From positions 1-35,397 of IMG/VR virus record IMGVR_UViG_3300022738_000050: a stretch of DNA of 35,397 nt, one strand, 5' to 3'. The position numbers and the translations under genes were made by a program. The number at the start of each line of letters is the position of its first letter. Position 1 is the first letter of the stretch. The stretch comes from a virus. Taxonomy: Duplodnaviria > Caudoviricetes. Below the pieces are notes generated by a model, which saw only the letters and a program-made list of their open reading frames with translations, had not been told where the DNA came from and ran no database searches. Shown here in pieces: positions 25,403 through 34,919 of the stretch.

Positions 25403-25599
25403 ACTACACGACAACGCAAGGCGATACATGGGATACGATCGCTTTTAAGCTTTACGGGAGGGAATCGCTGATGACGCGCTTGATCCGAGCCAATCCGGAG
25501 CATGCACGAACGGTTATATTCTCGGCGGGTGTCGTCCTTGCCGTGCCAGAAGCGCCCGAAGAAGTGTCGGAAGACCTGCCGCCGTGGAAGAGGGATTGA
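25399..25599 (+). CDS. Tail protein X (LysM-like)
   Basis: YTTTQGDTWDTIAFKLYG...ANP...LPPWKR. Confidence 0.9.
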   Translation: MNYTTTQGDTWDTIAFKLYGRESLMTRLIRANPEHARTVIFSAGVVLAVPEAPEEVSEDLPPWKRD

Positions 25600-25600
25600 G

Positions 25601-26629
25601 ATGACCGAACAACTTGCGCGAAGAGTAGAGGTTGCTGTGACCTACAATGGCAAGGACATCAGCGCATCCCTGGCGGAATCGCTGCTTGATTTTTCGTACA
25701 GCGATAATCCGTCCGGCAGCGTGGATGACGTGCAGCTGAACGTCGAGGACGTGCTGAATCGGTGGCAGGGCCCCTGGAACCCGGATACCGGAGATGTCAT
25801 TCAGGCATCCATCCGAACCGTCAATTGGGAGAAGGCGGGGGAAACCAAAACCTTGCCGTGCGGGACGTTTGAGGTGGACACCGTCGATATCAACGGCCCG
25901 CCCGATGTCGTATCGATCAAGGCGCTGTCGCTGCCTGCCGGAACGTCCGCCCGCAGCGAGAAGCGCAGCAAGGCTTGGGAGAAGTTTAAGCTTCAGGCGA
26001 TCGCGCAAGAAATCGCTATTCGCGCCAAACTGAAGCTCGTGTATGAGGTCAAGGATAATCCGCAATACGAGCGGCTGGACCAGACCGAGCAAACCGACCT
26101 TGCTTTTTTACTGGATCTCTGCAATAAGGAATGCATCGCCGTCAAGGTGAGTGGAGGCAAGTTGGTGCTGTTTGACGAGCGTCAGTACGAGGCGAGCAAG
26201 CCGGTGGCGACGATCAAACGAGGCGTCGATAACGTGCTGGGGTATACCTTTGGCTGGAGTGCGACGGACGCGGTCTACCGGGCCTCCATTTTGACGTACA
26301 AGCCGCCCAAGGCGAAGAAGGAAATCAAGGTGGACTATACGCCGCCTGGAGCGCCCAAAACCGGGCCGGTGCTGCGGCTGAATGAAAATGTCGCTTCACA
26401 GGCCGAGGCGCTTCGCGTGGCGAAGAACCGCCTGCGGGAGCAGAACAAGAATTTCGGAAAGGCGAGCTTGTCTCTGGCCGGAGACACGCGGCTGTCGGCA
26501 GGATCAACGGTCGTGATAGACGGCTGGGGGAGATACGATGGCAAATACATCATTGAGCGGGCGACGCATACAGTCGGTTCAGGTGGGTACACCACGCAGA
26601 TTGAGATTCGGCGAGTATTGGGGTGGTAA
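25601..26629 (+). CDS. Baseplate hub / late control protein D
   Basis: CGTFEVD, QTEQTDLAFL, GRYDGKYII. Confidence 0.9.
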   Translation: MTEQLARRVEVAVTYNGKDISASLAESLLDFSYSDNPSGSVDDVQLNVEDVLNRWQGPWNPDTGDVIQASIRTVNWEKAGETKTLPCGTFEVDTVDINGPPDVVSIKALSLPAGTSARSEKRSKAWEKFKLQAIAQEIAIRAKLKLVYEVKDNPQYERLDQTEQTDLAFLLDLCNKECIAVKVSGGKLVLFDERQYEASKPVATIKRGVDNVLGYTFGWSATDAVYRASILTYKPPKAKKEIKVDYTPPGAPKTGPVLRLNENVASQAEALRVAKNRLREQNKNFGKASLSLAGDTRLSAGSTVVIDGWGRYDGKYIIERATHTVGSGGYTTQIEIRRVLGW

Positions 26630-26631
26630 GG

Positions 26632-27111
26632 GTGAACAGTTTCAAAAATATGATCCGGGCTGGCGTGGTCTCCACCGTAGACGCAAAGCGCTGTACGGTT
26701 CGGGTGAGCTTCCCCGATCAAGAGGGCATGGTCTCCGACGAACTGCCGCTCCTCCTGCAGCGCGGCGACTACACGCTCCCGGCTGTAAACGATAGCGTGC
26801 TTTGTCTCTTTCTAGGCAATGGGATACAGATAGGTTTTTGCTTGGGCACCTACTACATGGAGGACATAGCGCCGCCGCAAACCAATCCGGATCGAGTGGG
26901 CACATGGTTCCCGGGCGGGAGTTACGTGTACTTCGACAAAGCGACAAACGCGCTGCACATCAAGGCGGTGGGCGAGGTGCAAATCGAGAGCAACGCGTCG
27001 TTCGGGGCCGACATCCACATTCAAGGCGGAGCGACGATCGGCGGGAACGTGACCATTAACGGCAATTTGAACGTCAGCGGAACGATTACGCACGGGGGAC
27101 TGAATCCATGA
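26632..27111 (+). CDS. Baseplate spike GpV
   Basis: IRAGVVS...RVSFPD...VSDELP OB fold and beta-helix C-terminus. Confidence 0.9.
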   Translation: MNSFKNMIRAGVVSTVDAKRCTVRVSFPDQEGMVSDELPLLLQRGDYTLPAVNDSVLCLFLGNGIQIGFCLGTYYMEDIAPPQTNPDRVGTWFPGGSYVYFDKATNALHIKAVGEVQIESNASFGADIHIQGGATIGGNVTINGNLNVSGTITHGGLNP

Positions 27112-27509
27112 TCGGCTCTCTCGGATCAGTGGTTTTTGTGGCAACAGCCGATACCCTGCGCACGTTTGATGAGTTTACCCGAACAAGCGCGGGAAGATGG
27201 GCCAAACATGAGGTGTTGGGCAGAAAGCCGCTCTCGCAGCATCTTGGGCCGGGACTGGACGTCATTACCTTCAACATGAGATTTGACACCCGCTATGGAA
27301 TAAATCCACGCAAGGAAATGGACGAGCTCGTCTCGCTGGAGCGCAAGGGGAAAGCCGTGCCGCTGACGATCGGCGGCAAAGGGCTCGGCGTTGGCTTGTG
27401 GGTCATCACTTCGCTCGCCTTAACCTATAACATCGTCGATAGAGCGGGCAATGTCGTGGTTGGAACGGCCGCTCTAACTCTGGAGGAATACGTGGTGAAG
27501 AAAACATGA
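27108..27509 (+). CDS. Tail tube initiator GpU-like
   Basis: MIGSLG...RWAKHEVLGRKP...GPGLD...LEEY. Confidence 0.9.
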   Translation: MIGSLGSVVFVATADTLRTFDEFTRTSAGRWAKHEVLGRKPLSQHLGPGLDVITFNMRFDTRYGINPRKEMDELVSLERKGKAVPLTIGGKGLGVGLWVITSLALTYNIVDRAGNVVVGTAALTLEEYVVKKT

Positions 27510-27826
27510 TCGAAGTCTCTCAGACAAGGACGCCGATTCACTTCGCTCCGGCCACGCTGGAAGAGGAAGTCGCACAGAATGTCCGCATGATTTTGAGTAC
27601 GGTACAAGGAGAGCTCCCACTTGATCGCGCGTTTGGCCTGGCCTCCGGTGCAATCGATGAGCCGATGGCGATCGCGCAAGCGCGGCTGACAAGTTTAATC
27701 ATTGCAGCCGTGCAAGCATACGAACCACGTGCAACGGTTGTACAAGTCAGTTTTGAGGGAGACGAGGCAAACCATTTGTTGCAGCCTACGGTTCAAATCA
27801 CGATCGGAGAGGAGGATGCTGGATAA
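27506..27826 (+). CDS. Baseplate wedge GpW/gp25-like
   Basis: QNVRMILST...PLDRAFG...YEPR. Confidence 0.9.
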   Translation: MIEVSQTRTPIHFAPATLEEEVAQNVRMILSTVQGELPLDRAFGLASGAIDEPMAIAQARLTSLIIAAVQAYEPRATVVQVSFEGDEANHLLQPTVQITIGEEDAG

Positions 27827-28950
27827 TGGCGCTCATTGACTTGCCCGAAATCGATTTTGTTGACGAAGAAGTGACGGGCACGCTGAATCAAATGGTGACC
27901 GTTGTCGAGGGGATTTTAGGGCGCACCTTGTATCCGGGAGATCCGCTACGACTGTTTCTGCAGAGTCAGGCGCTGCTTTTAGTGCAGCAGCGCGCCTTGA
28001 TCAACCTGACCGCCAAAGCCAATTATTTGCGATACGCGCCGGGCGATGTGTTGGATCATATGGGTGCATTTACCCGCACACCTCGTATACCGGCCGCTCC
28101 GGCACGTGTCACGCTGCGGTTTACGTTATCCACTGCGCAGGCTTCGGCCGTCAGCATCCCGCTAGGTACGCGGGCGAGCTCGGCGGGCGGACCCGCTGTG
28201 TATTATGCGACGACGGCGTACGCCGAGGTGCCGCCCGGCAGTTTATTTGTAGATGCGGATGCAGCTTGTATGGAGGCGGGGGCGGTAGGCAACGGGTTTC
28301 TACCCGGTCAAATCAATGTCCTGGTCGACCCCATCGCGTTTGTCGCCAGCGTCGCCAACACGACGACGAGCGAAGGTGGAGCGGACCTGGAAGCGGATGA
28401 CGCCTATCGCAATCGTATCCACGAAGCACCCGAGTCCTTTTCGGTGGCCGGTCCGGCCGGTGCCTATAAATATTGGGCGAAGACGGCCAGTGCCGCCATT
28501 ATCGATGTCTCTGTGACTTCCCCGGCTCCCATGGAGGTACGAATCGTCCCACTCCTTGCGGGCGGGGAAATTCCCGGTCAAGAAGTGTTGGACGCGGTAG
28601 ATGAGACGTGCAGCTCTGTAACCATCCGGCCGTTAACAGACTTCGTGACGGTCGCTGCGCCGTCCGTCGTGGCATACGACGTGGATTTGACGTACTGGAT
28701 ACACATCGACAAAGCGGCGGAAGCGACGGCGATCCAGGCGAATGTCGATCATGCGGTAAGTAACTATCTGCTATGGCAGCGCTCCAAGCTCGGGCGGGAC
28801 ATTAACCCCTCGGAGCTGATCGGCCGCATGATGGCAGCGGGAGCCTATCGCGCCAATGTGATCAGCCCGGCGTACGCGGTTGTAGACGTCAATTCGGTCG
28901 CGATTGCGGGTGAGGTCACGGTTACGTTTGGGGGATTGGTCGATGATTAA
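27826..28950 (+). CDS. Baseplate J-like protein
   Basis: GAVGNG, GGADLEADDAYR, SVAGPAGAY, IRPLTD. Confidence 0.94.
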   Translation: MALIDLPEIDFVDEEVTGTLNQMVTVVEGILGRTLYPGDPLRLFLQSQALLLVQQRALINLTAKANYLRYAPGDVLDHMGAFTRTPRIPAAPARVTLRFTLSTAQASAVSIPLGTRASSAGGPAVYYATTAYAEVPPGSLFVDADAACMEAGAVGNGFLPGQINVLVDPIAFVASVANTTTSEGGADLEADDAYRNRIHEAPESFSVAGPAGAYKYWAKTASAAIIDVSVTSPAPMEVRIVPLLAGGEIPGQEVLDAVDETCSSVTIRPLTDFVTVAAPSVVAYDVDLTYWIHIDKAAEATAIQANVDHAVSNYLLWQRSKLGRDINPSELIGRMMAAGAYRANVISPAYAVVDVNSVAIAGEVTVTFGGLVDD

Positions 28951-29512
28951 CCTTCAGAGCGCGAGTCTGCTGGATGTGTTGCCGTCTCATTTGCGGTTCG
29001 ATCCGCAAGTCAGCGCTGCGGCTCAGGCGATCGATGCCGAGCTTCAGGCAATCACGGCTTCAATTCGTAAACTCTCCTACTTCGACCGGCTGGACGAATT
29101 GACGCCAGATGAAACGGATGAGTTAGCCTGGCAGTGGCATGTGGACTTTTATGACCCGACACTTCCGTTTGAGCAGCGACGCGAGCTCGTCCAAAATAGC
29201 TATGACTGGCACCGGCGCAAGGGTACGCCGTCCGCCGTGGAAGAGCTGATGACGACAATATTCGGGGACGGCGAAGTCGAGGAATGGTTCGCGTACGGGG
29301 GTCAGCGGGGCTATTTCCGGGTCATTACATCGAACTTTTCTGCGACGACGGAGCACGCCGATCGCTTTTTGTGGGCAGTCAATTCCGTCAAAAACGCGCG
29401 GAGCTGGCTGGACAGCGTCATTATTAGACTGGTCGAAAATACGCCGGTCTATTTTGGCACGGCAGTACACACGGGCGACAAAATCAAGCTGACACAGGAG
29501 GGGTTGCCTTGA
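28943..29512 (+). CDS. Tail protein I (P2 GpI-like)
   Basis: LAWQWHVD, HRRKGT, EEWFAYGG, KNARSWL. Confidence 0.92.
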   Translation: MINLQSASLLDVLPSHLRFDPQVSAAAQAIDAELQAITASIRKLSYFDRLDELTPDETDELAWQWHVDFYDPTLPFEQRRELVQNSYDWHRRKGTPSAVEELMTTIFGDGEVEEWFAYGGQRGYFRVITSNFSATTEHADRFLWAVNSVKNARSWLDSVIIRLVENTPVYFGTAVHTGDKIKLTQEGLP

Positions 29513-30492
29513 GCGCATTTAACGGACTCAAATTTACGCAAAGAGGCTTGAATCTGCAAGCTAAAGCTCAGATCGGAGCCGAGTTGCAATATACCCGCAT
29601 TGGCATCGGCGACGGGCACTATTCAGGAGATATCAAGCAGCTCAATGGATTAATCCATGAAGTGCTGAGCTTACCGATTACGAGCATTCGCGTAAAAGGT
29701 AACGGACAGGCGATCGTTGGCTCTGCTTTGTCTAACGCCGATTTATCCGTCGGCTTTTATCTTCGGGAGATTGGCATATATGCGACCGATCCGGACGACG
29801 GCGAAATCCTCTATTGTTACGCCAACGCCGGGGTATTTGCCGGATATGTGCCACCCGCAGGCGGCGGCGACGTGGTGGAGAAGGAAGTTGAGCTTGTGAC
29901 GACGGTCGGCACAGCGTCGAACGTGACGGCCAGCATCGACCCGTCGGTATACGTTACGGCGGGAGCTGTTGACGCTCGCGTTGCGGTAGTGCAAGAGGCG
30001 TTGGATTATCATAGTGATGCTTATAATGTTCACGGCGCAACTGTTACGGCTGATCCAGAGCGCTTAATGATTCGTGATCCAACTGGCCGAGCTAAAGTTA
30101 CTGACCCTCTTGATGCTGACGACATTGCAACTAAGTCGTACGTGGATAACAGCCTGCCAACATCGTCCTCCATAAACGTTTATGAACGACTAGTAGACAG
30201 CACATCAGCGACTATTATTTTAACCCACACACCGTCGGAATCTGGTAATTATATTGTGGGCGTTTATTTTCGTGTTGTTACCGGATCGACTAACGTCTCC
30301 TTAATCCTCGAATATCGTGATGCATCAGGTGCACAGACAACTGTTTTAATGCCCGCACAAGCATTTGCAATCGGTAGTTACTCGTTGCCACAAGCCTTTT
30401 TTAATCATATTGGCACGTATGATATAAACATAAAAATAACGACAAATGTAGCCAACCGGGTGTATGTATCTGCGACGGTGAGGGAGGCTTAA
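29509..30492 (+). CDS. Tail fibre protein (P2 GpH-like N-terminus)
   Basis: TRIGIGDG, FYLREIGIYA, ILYCY, DIATKSYVD; follows gpI. Confidence 0.88.
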   Translation: MSAFNGLKFTQRGLNLQAKAQIGAELQYTRIGIGDGHYSGDIKQLNGLIHEVLSLPITSIRVKGNGQAIVGSALSNADLSVGFYLREIGIYATDPDDGEILYCYANAGVFAGYVPPAGGGDVVEKEVELVTTVGTASNVTASIDPSVYVTAGAVDARVAVVQEALDYHSDAYNVHGATVTADPERLMIRDPTGRAKVTDPLDADDIATKSYVDNSLPTSSSINVYERLVDSTSATIILTHTPSESGNYIVGVYFRVVTGSTNVSLILEYRDASGAQTTVLMPAQAFAIGSYSLPQAFFNHIGTYDINIKITTNVANRVYVSATVREA

Positions 30493-30493
30493 A

Positions 30494-31690
30494 ATGGCAC
30501 AAATCGTATATCCGGGAAATGCAGTGCCAGCAGACGTTGCAAGCGGAAAGACCTATTCTGCGGGGGCATACTACAACGCTACAGGGACAAGCACCAAGAC
30601 AATTGGTAACGGGGATCAGTTGGGGATGAATAGAGTTAAATTTGTTCCGAACGCCATCACAGCTCCAAATAGCTTGATGTCGTCTGGAGTGTACATTGAC
30701 CCTCAGTCGTATAATAGCAGTAGCACCTATCTGTTATACGGGTCTAGTATTCAAGCACCTGACGTTGGATTACGCAGGGTGGTTAGAAATACTGGTGCGC
30801 TTGTTTGGGAGCTGCCCAGTCAAATCGGGATAATCCTCATTGATTTGGACGCATCTGGTAACATATATGCGGGTATGACAGACGGCGTACGTAAGTTTGA
30901 GAGGTCAGGCACTCTTATTTGGACCTACAATTTTTCATCGCCCTGCGAATTTGTTAAAGGGTATAGTGATGGCGGCTGTATATGCTGCTTCGCTGACGGA
31001 ACAGTAGCCAGATTGAATGCATCGGGATACCTTATGTGGGAATCACCTAGTAGTGGGTACGGTGCTGTTAAGGGGTTAGAAGTGGATACCGCTGGAACCA
31101 TATATGTTGGACATGCTTCAGCAGGACCAAACCCAAGCACATTGAGACGGATAAGACCTAACGACGGAGCCGACCTGTCCTTTGGCAGCGAGTTGAGAAG
31201 TGTCGCGGGTATGTGCTTATACAAGTATCTAGATGCGCCCATTTGGCATGGCTTGTTTGTAGCATTCACCAGCGCTGATGCGACATATCAAAACCATTTC
31301 AGGATTCTCAGTTTAGCTGGCACGGATAACGGGACTAGCAGTTTAGTCAAATTAGGAGCGACACCTGCAAACGTATGGTTTGATCCTGCATATAGGAGGA
31401 TACTCGTCACATTTTCATCAGGAAATGCTGACTCGGCAGGAAGTTTTGGTGGATTCAACTTGGTCGCCTTTTACGCAGATTGGTATTTTGCTCAGTCAAT
31501 TAGAGCAAAAGACTATGTTTGGGGACAAAACAGCGCGTTTATTTGGGGGGCACACAAGAGAGCCGTCAGTACACATGCAGGTGAGGTTATTACCGGAGAC
31601 CATTTAAAAGATTATTTGATGGTTGGAAATAGCCCAATTACCTATGAGCATTTTGGGAATCAGGGTTATGTAAGAATCGTACAAAGATAA
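30494..31690 (+). CDS. Putative receptor-binding protein with beta-propeller repeats
   Basis: N-terminal GNAVPADVASGKTY motif; repeated G-x-L-x-W and D-x-x-G-x-I-Y blades. Confidence 0.7.
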   Translation: MAQIVYPGNAVPADVASGKTYSAGAYYNATGTSTKTIGNGDQLGMNRVKFVPNAITAPNSLMSSGVYIDPQSYNSSSTYLLYGSSIQAPDVGLRRVVRNTGALVWELPSQIGIILIDLDASGNIYAGMTDGVRKFERSGTLIWTYNFSSPCEFVKGYSDGGCICCFADGTVARLNASGYLMWESPSSGYGAVKGLEVDTAGTIYVGHASAGPNPSTLRRIRPNDGADLSFGSELRSVAGMCLYKYLDAPIWHGLFVAFTSADATYQNHFRILSLAGTDNGTSSLVKLGATPANVWFDPAYRRILVTFSSGNADSAGSFGGFNLVAFYADWYFAQSIRAKDYVWGQNSAFIWGAHKRAVSTHAGEVITGDHLKDYLMVGNSPITYEHFGNQGYVRIVQR

Positions 31691-32022
31691 TGGGGGGGGG
31701 GATCTCAATGGAATTGTTATTGAAGGGTGTTCTCGTAAATGAGAACGTATTGAAAGTGAATGCTGTTTACAACGTTGCATTGTTAGGAGAAGACTCCGAA
31801 ATAAATCTTAATGAAGGCGTAATTGTATCTGAGAGACCGGAAGAGCCGACAAGGGAACTGGGCAAATCATATATTTGGTACGTAAATGTGGATACCAAAG
31901 AGCAATGGTATGAGGCCGTTGATCGCCCGCTCTATCCGGACGAAGTAATTCAAAAGCGATTGGACGATCAGCAGGAGATAATTGACGCTTTAATACTTGA
32001 TTCATTATTTGGAGGTTCGTAA
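31690..32022 (+). CDS. Tail-fibre-associated chaperone-like protein (start 31690 or 31708)
   Basis: Synteny before xkdX; WYEAVDRP then coiled coil; G10 tract at 31692-31701. Confidence 0.7.
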   Translation: MGGGISMELLLKGVLVNENVLKVNAVYNVALLGEDSEINLNEGVIVSERPEEPTRELGKSYIWYVNVDTKEQWYEAVDRPLYPDEVIQKRLDDQQEIIDALILDSLFGGS

Positions 32023-32023
32023 T

Positions 32024-32155
32024 ATGTTCTTATCGTTGAAGAGACTATGGGATTCGGGGAAGTTGGACGAAGTGACGTTGCGTCGAGCGGTAGCTGATAA
32101 GGGGTGGATTACACCGCAACAATTCACCGAAATTACCGGAATTGAATATGAGTGA
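32024..32155 (+). CDS. xkdX: XkdX-family protein (43 aa)
   Basis: AVADKGWITPQQFTEITG motif; GGAGG RBS; absent from the ORF track. Confidence 0.88.
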   Translation: MFLSLKRLWDSGKLDEVTLRRAVADKGWITPQQFTEITGIEYE

Positions 32156-32182
32156 GGCCCTGCTAACAAGTGGGGCCTATTT
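32155..32182 (+). terminator. Weak hairpin between tail and lysis genes
   Basis: AGGCCC...GGGCCT followed by ATTT. Confidence 0.4.
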
Positions 32183-32199
32183 AATTGGAGGGGAACAGG

Positions 32200-32709
32200 A
32201 TGCAAAGGTTTATAAAATCGGTATTCAGCTTGGAAACACTGCTGAAACCCACAAATGGATTCTTCGGTGCTGTAGGGGCCGCCTTAGCACCGCTATTAGA
32301 TCGAGCGTTGAACAGTGGAAAGTTTTGGGTGTTCGCTCTATTTTTCGCTGTAGTTGTTGCGGATTGGATAGCAGGCACTGCTGCAGCAAAGAAAACAAAT
32401 TCGTACCGCAGCGAATACGGGCAGACCGGCGCGCTCCGAACCGCGTTTCTGCTCTTCATCCCGTTTATCGGAATGCTGCTTGATAAGGTGTCGTCATCCG
32501 CATTCGGCATCCAGCAACCAGGAGTAGCATTTTACGGACTGACCTTGATGCTCACTTACCACAGCTGGGAGAGTATGACGGCGAATTCTGCCCGCGCAGG
32601 CTGGGGCCGTTGGATACCGAATTCGGTGCTGCAATATGTCTCATCCGAAATTAAAGCAAAGGCGGAAAGGACGACAAATATGATAGGAGGCGGGAAGGTT
32701 GGCAAATAA
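32200..32709 (+). CDS. Holin (TcdE/phage holin 4 family)
   Basis: Three to four hydrophobic segments, DWIAG, ESMTAN...G..IP; precedes endolysin. Confidence 0.88.
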   Translation: MQRFIKSVFSLETLLKPTNGFFGAVGAALAPLLDRALNSGKFWVFALFFAVVVADWIAGTAAAKKTNSYRSEYGQTGALRTAFLLFIPFIGMLLDKVSSSAFGIQQPGVAFYGLTLMLTYHSWESMTANSARAGWGRWIPNSVLQYVSSEIKAKAERTTNMIGGGKVGK

Positions 32710-33520
32710 CCCTGTCTACTACAGCCAAGAGGACAAGCGATGGGCCAACACGCCGTATACGATCCGAAACGATCCTAAGCAGACAATCGGCACATCCGCT
32801 TGCGGACCGACATGCCTGGCAATGGTCACGGCCACTTGGAGAGATAAGACCATTACGCCGCCCGAGACAGCCAAATGGGCCGTTGATCGTGGATACAGGA
32901 CGGCAAACAGCGGTACAGCATGGGCGTACTTTAGAGCGGCAGCCGAGTATTACGGGATTGAATGCAAACAGGTCGGAAGCCTGGACGAAGTAAAACGGGC
33001 GCTCTCCTTGGGGGCGCTCGTTATTGCTTCTATGGGGCCGGGAGACTTTACGGGCGGGGGGCATTACATCCTTCTCGTTGGGATCAACGGGCGCATGATC
33101 GAGGTCCACGACCCCAACCATGACAATACCAAGTACGGTCGGTTGGTCGACCAGGGGACGCGCAACGACGGGAAGGTTCGGGCAGACGAGTCCATATTCA
33201 AGGAGCAGGCGCGGCAGTATTGGATTTTCACCAAAACCATAAACGAGGAGAAACAACCGATGACAGATACGGAACGTAAGAAATTCGAGCAAATGGGCAA
33301 AAAGGTGAACGAACTGGAGAGTGCGGTAACGACGCTCACAATGCAGTTGGCCGCAGCAAAGGAGGCCATTCCGGCCCCTAAATGGTTTATATCGGAATTT
33401 GAGCGAGTAGGCCAACCGAGCGTACTCGGGCGCATGAGCGATCCGGTCGGCACGACGGATTTTTGGCGGGCTTTGGCCGTGTCTTTGCGGATGCAAGGGT
33501 TTGGGAAAGGCGCACTGTGA
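32699..33520 (+). CDS. Putative endolysin, C39-like cysteine peptidase
   Basis: YYSQEDKRW, ACGPTCLAM, GGHYILL, VHDP catalytic set; follows holin. Confidence 0.85.
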   Translation: MANNPVYYSQEDKRWANTPYTIRNDPKQTIGTSACGPTCLAMVTATWRDKTITPPETAKWAVDRGYRTANSGTAWAYFRAAAEYYGIECKQVGSLDEVKRALSLGALVIASMGPGDFTGGGHYILLVGINGRMIEVHDPNHDNTKYGRLVDQGTRNDGKVRADESIFKEQARQYWIFTKTINEEKQPMTDTERKKFEQMGKKVNELESAVTTLTMQLAAAKEAIPAPKWFISEFERVGQPSVLGRMSDPVGTTDFWRALAVSLRMQGFGKGAL

Positions 33521-33526
33521 TGATTC

Positions 33527-33558
33527 AGCCCGGGGGCTTAGACTCTCGGGCTTTTTTT
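33527..33558 (+). terminator. Late operon terminator
   Basis: AGCCCGGGGG/CTCTCGGGCT stem followed by T-run. Confidence 0.85.
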
Positions 33559-33631
33559 GTTTGTCGTACGATTGCCACCTATAAGATAAGAAGCATTGTT
33601 TGATTGTTATTAAAGAAATAACACATGTTTA

Positions 33632-33660
33632 TTGTAATAGGAAAAATATAACTGTATAAT
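33632..33660 (+). promoter_or_regulatory. Sigma-A promoter of moron
   Basis: TTGTAA-17 bp-TATAAT. Confidence 0.75.
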
Positions 33661-33693
33661 ATGGCAGAATAATGATGAAAAGAAGGTAATCTC

Positions 33694-34578
33694 TTGGAAG
33701 TCTTTCTGCCTGGTAGGTTTAACCGCGCATCAATGTACCAATTAATCGGCGATATCATTGATCAAGACCAATTACCGAAGTCTGAAAAGGTAATCCTAAA
33801 TTTCAGCACTTTAGGGTTTATAGAGCCGGTTGGTGTGACAGTATTGAGCAACGTTACTGAATGGCTCCTAAAAAAAGGTGTTCATCTGACATACCGAACA
33901 CCAAGCGATTTAAATTCGCGCGAGTCATTAAGATACTTGGATGATTCCTTATTCTTCAGAAGGTACGTAGGAGAAAAGTTCCGACCGACAGCAAAACCTA
34001 GGAATACTACAATTCCACTTGAACTCGTGACTTATCAAGAAAGTTATCGCTGGTTCGAAAAGATACTTTATTGGTTGTCGTTAAAATTGAATGTATCAAC
34101 TAGAGCTCTTTCAACCATTAAAGTGTGCCTACAAGAAATTTTCAATAATATTAATGATCACTCTCAAGAGAACATAGGATGTGTTACAGCACAACATTAC
34201 CCTAGAAACAATTGCATTGTTGTTGCAATTTCTGATTTTGGAGTAGGGATTCCATACAACATTCAAAAGATTCATCCGTCGCTTTCTGATCACCTAGCAC
34301 TTCAAAAAGCCAGCGAGGAAGGCGTTTCGACAAAAAGCAATCCTCAAAATAGAGGAGCTGGTCTTGACACCTTGATATACAATGTTGTAAAAAATAACCA
34401 AGGTGGTGTTTACATACATTCCAATAGTGGTATACTTAATTGTACATATAACGGCGCTCAAGTGGGCAAGTTACCGTTAAGGGCGGATGGGTTTTACCCA
34501 GGAACACTTATTGAAATTGTATTTAAAACCGATACAATTGGTAATATTCTTGACAGTGAGGAGGAATTCGAGTGGTAA
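33694..34578 (+). CDS. STAS-like + GHKL (HATPase_c) anti-sigma-type kinase
   Basis: LNFSTLGFIEPVG pseudo-STAS; N-box EIFNNINDHS, G1 ISDFGVGI, G2 RGAGL, GT. Confidence 0.88.
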   Translation: MEVFLPGRFNRASMYQLIGDIIDQDQLPKSEKVILNFSTLGFIEPVGVTVLSNVTEWLLKKGVHLTYRTPSDLNSRESLRYLDDSLFFRRYVGEKFRPTAKPRNTTIPLELVTYQESYRWFEKILYWLSLKLNVSTRALSTIKVCLQEIFNNINDHSQENIGCVTAQHYPRNNCIVVAISDFGVGIPYNIQKIHPSLSDHLALQKASEEGVSTKSNPQNRGAGLDTLIYNVVKNNQGGVYIHSNSGILNCTYNGAQVGKLPLRADGFYPGTLIEIVFKTDTIGNILDSEEEFEW

Positions 34579-34877
34579 CACTTTTCGTCTCGAACATCGT
34601 TGATCGGTGCTACTCCAATCTTGACGGAGAAAAGATTTACAAACAGATCAAATCTTATTTTGATCAAGGTGTGAAAGTTGTTTTGTCCTTCAAAGGAATC
34701 GACAGCGTTACATCTTCATTTGTAAATTCGGCACTGATTGAGTTGCTCCGTGAATTTAGTTTTGAATACATCAAAACAAACCTTATATTTAAGGACACGA
34801 TCAGTCAGATCAACGATATGATTAAACGACGTTTTTCTTTTGAGGTTACGGAAAGAAAAAAGTTGCTAAGTGTATAA
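34572..34877 (+). CDS. STAS-like DUF4325 protein
   Basis: VVLSFKGIDSVTSSFVNSAL signature; overlaps kinase stop; GAGGAGG RBS. Confidence 0.88.
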   Translation: MVTLFVSNIVDRCYSNLDGEKIYKQIKSYFDQGVKVVLSFKGIDSVTSSFVNSALIELLREFSFEYIKTNLIFKDTISQINDMIKRRFSFEVTERKKLLSV

Positions 34878-34882
34878 GTGGT

Positions 34883-34919
34883 ATCCCTCATGATTCCCAA
34901 TCATGAGGGATTTTATTTT
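34883..34919. terminator. Terminator hairpin between convergent genes
   Basis: 13-bp perfect stem ATCCCTCATGATT/AATCATGAGGGAT followed by a T-rich tail. Confidence 0.85.

Noticed and set aside
29509-31690. Diversity-generating retroelement or invertible tail-fibre system
   Set aside because: No reverse transcriptase, no template/variable repeat pair, no invertase or inverted fibre copies
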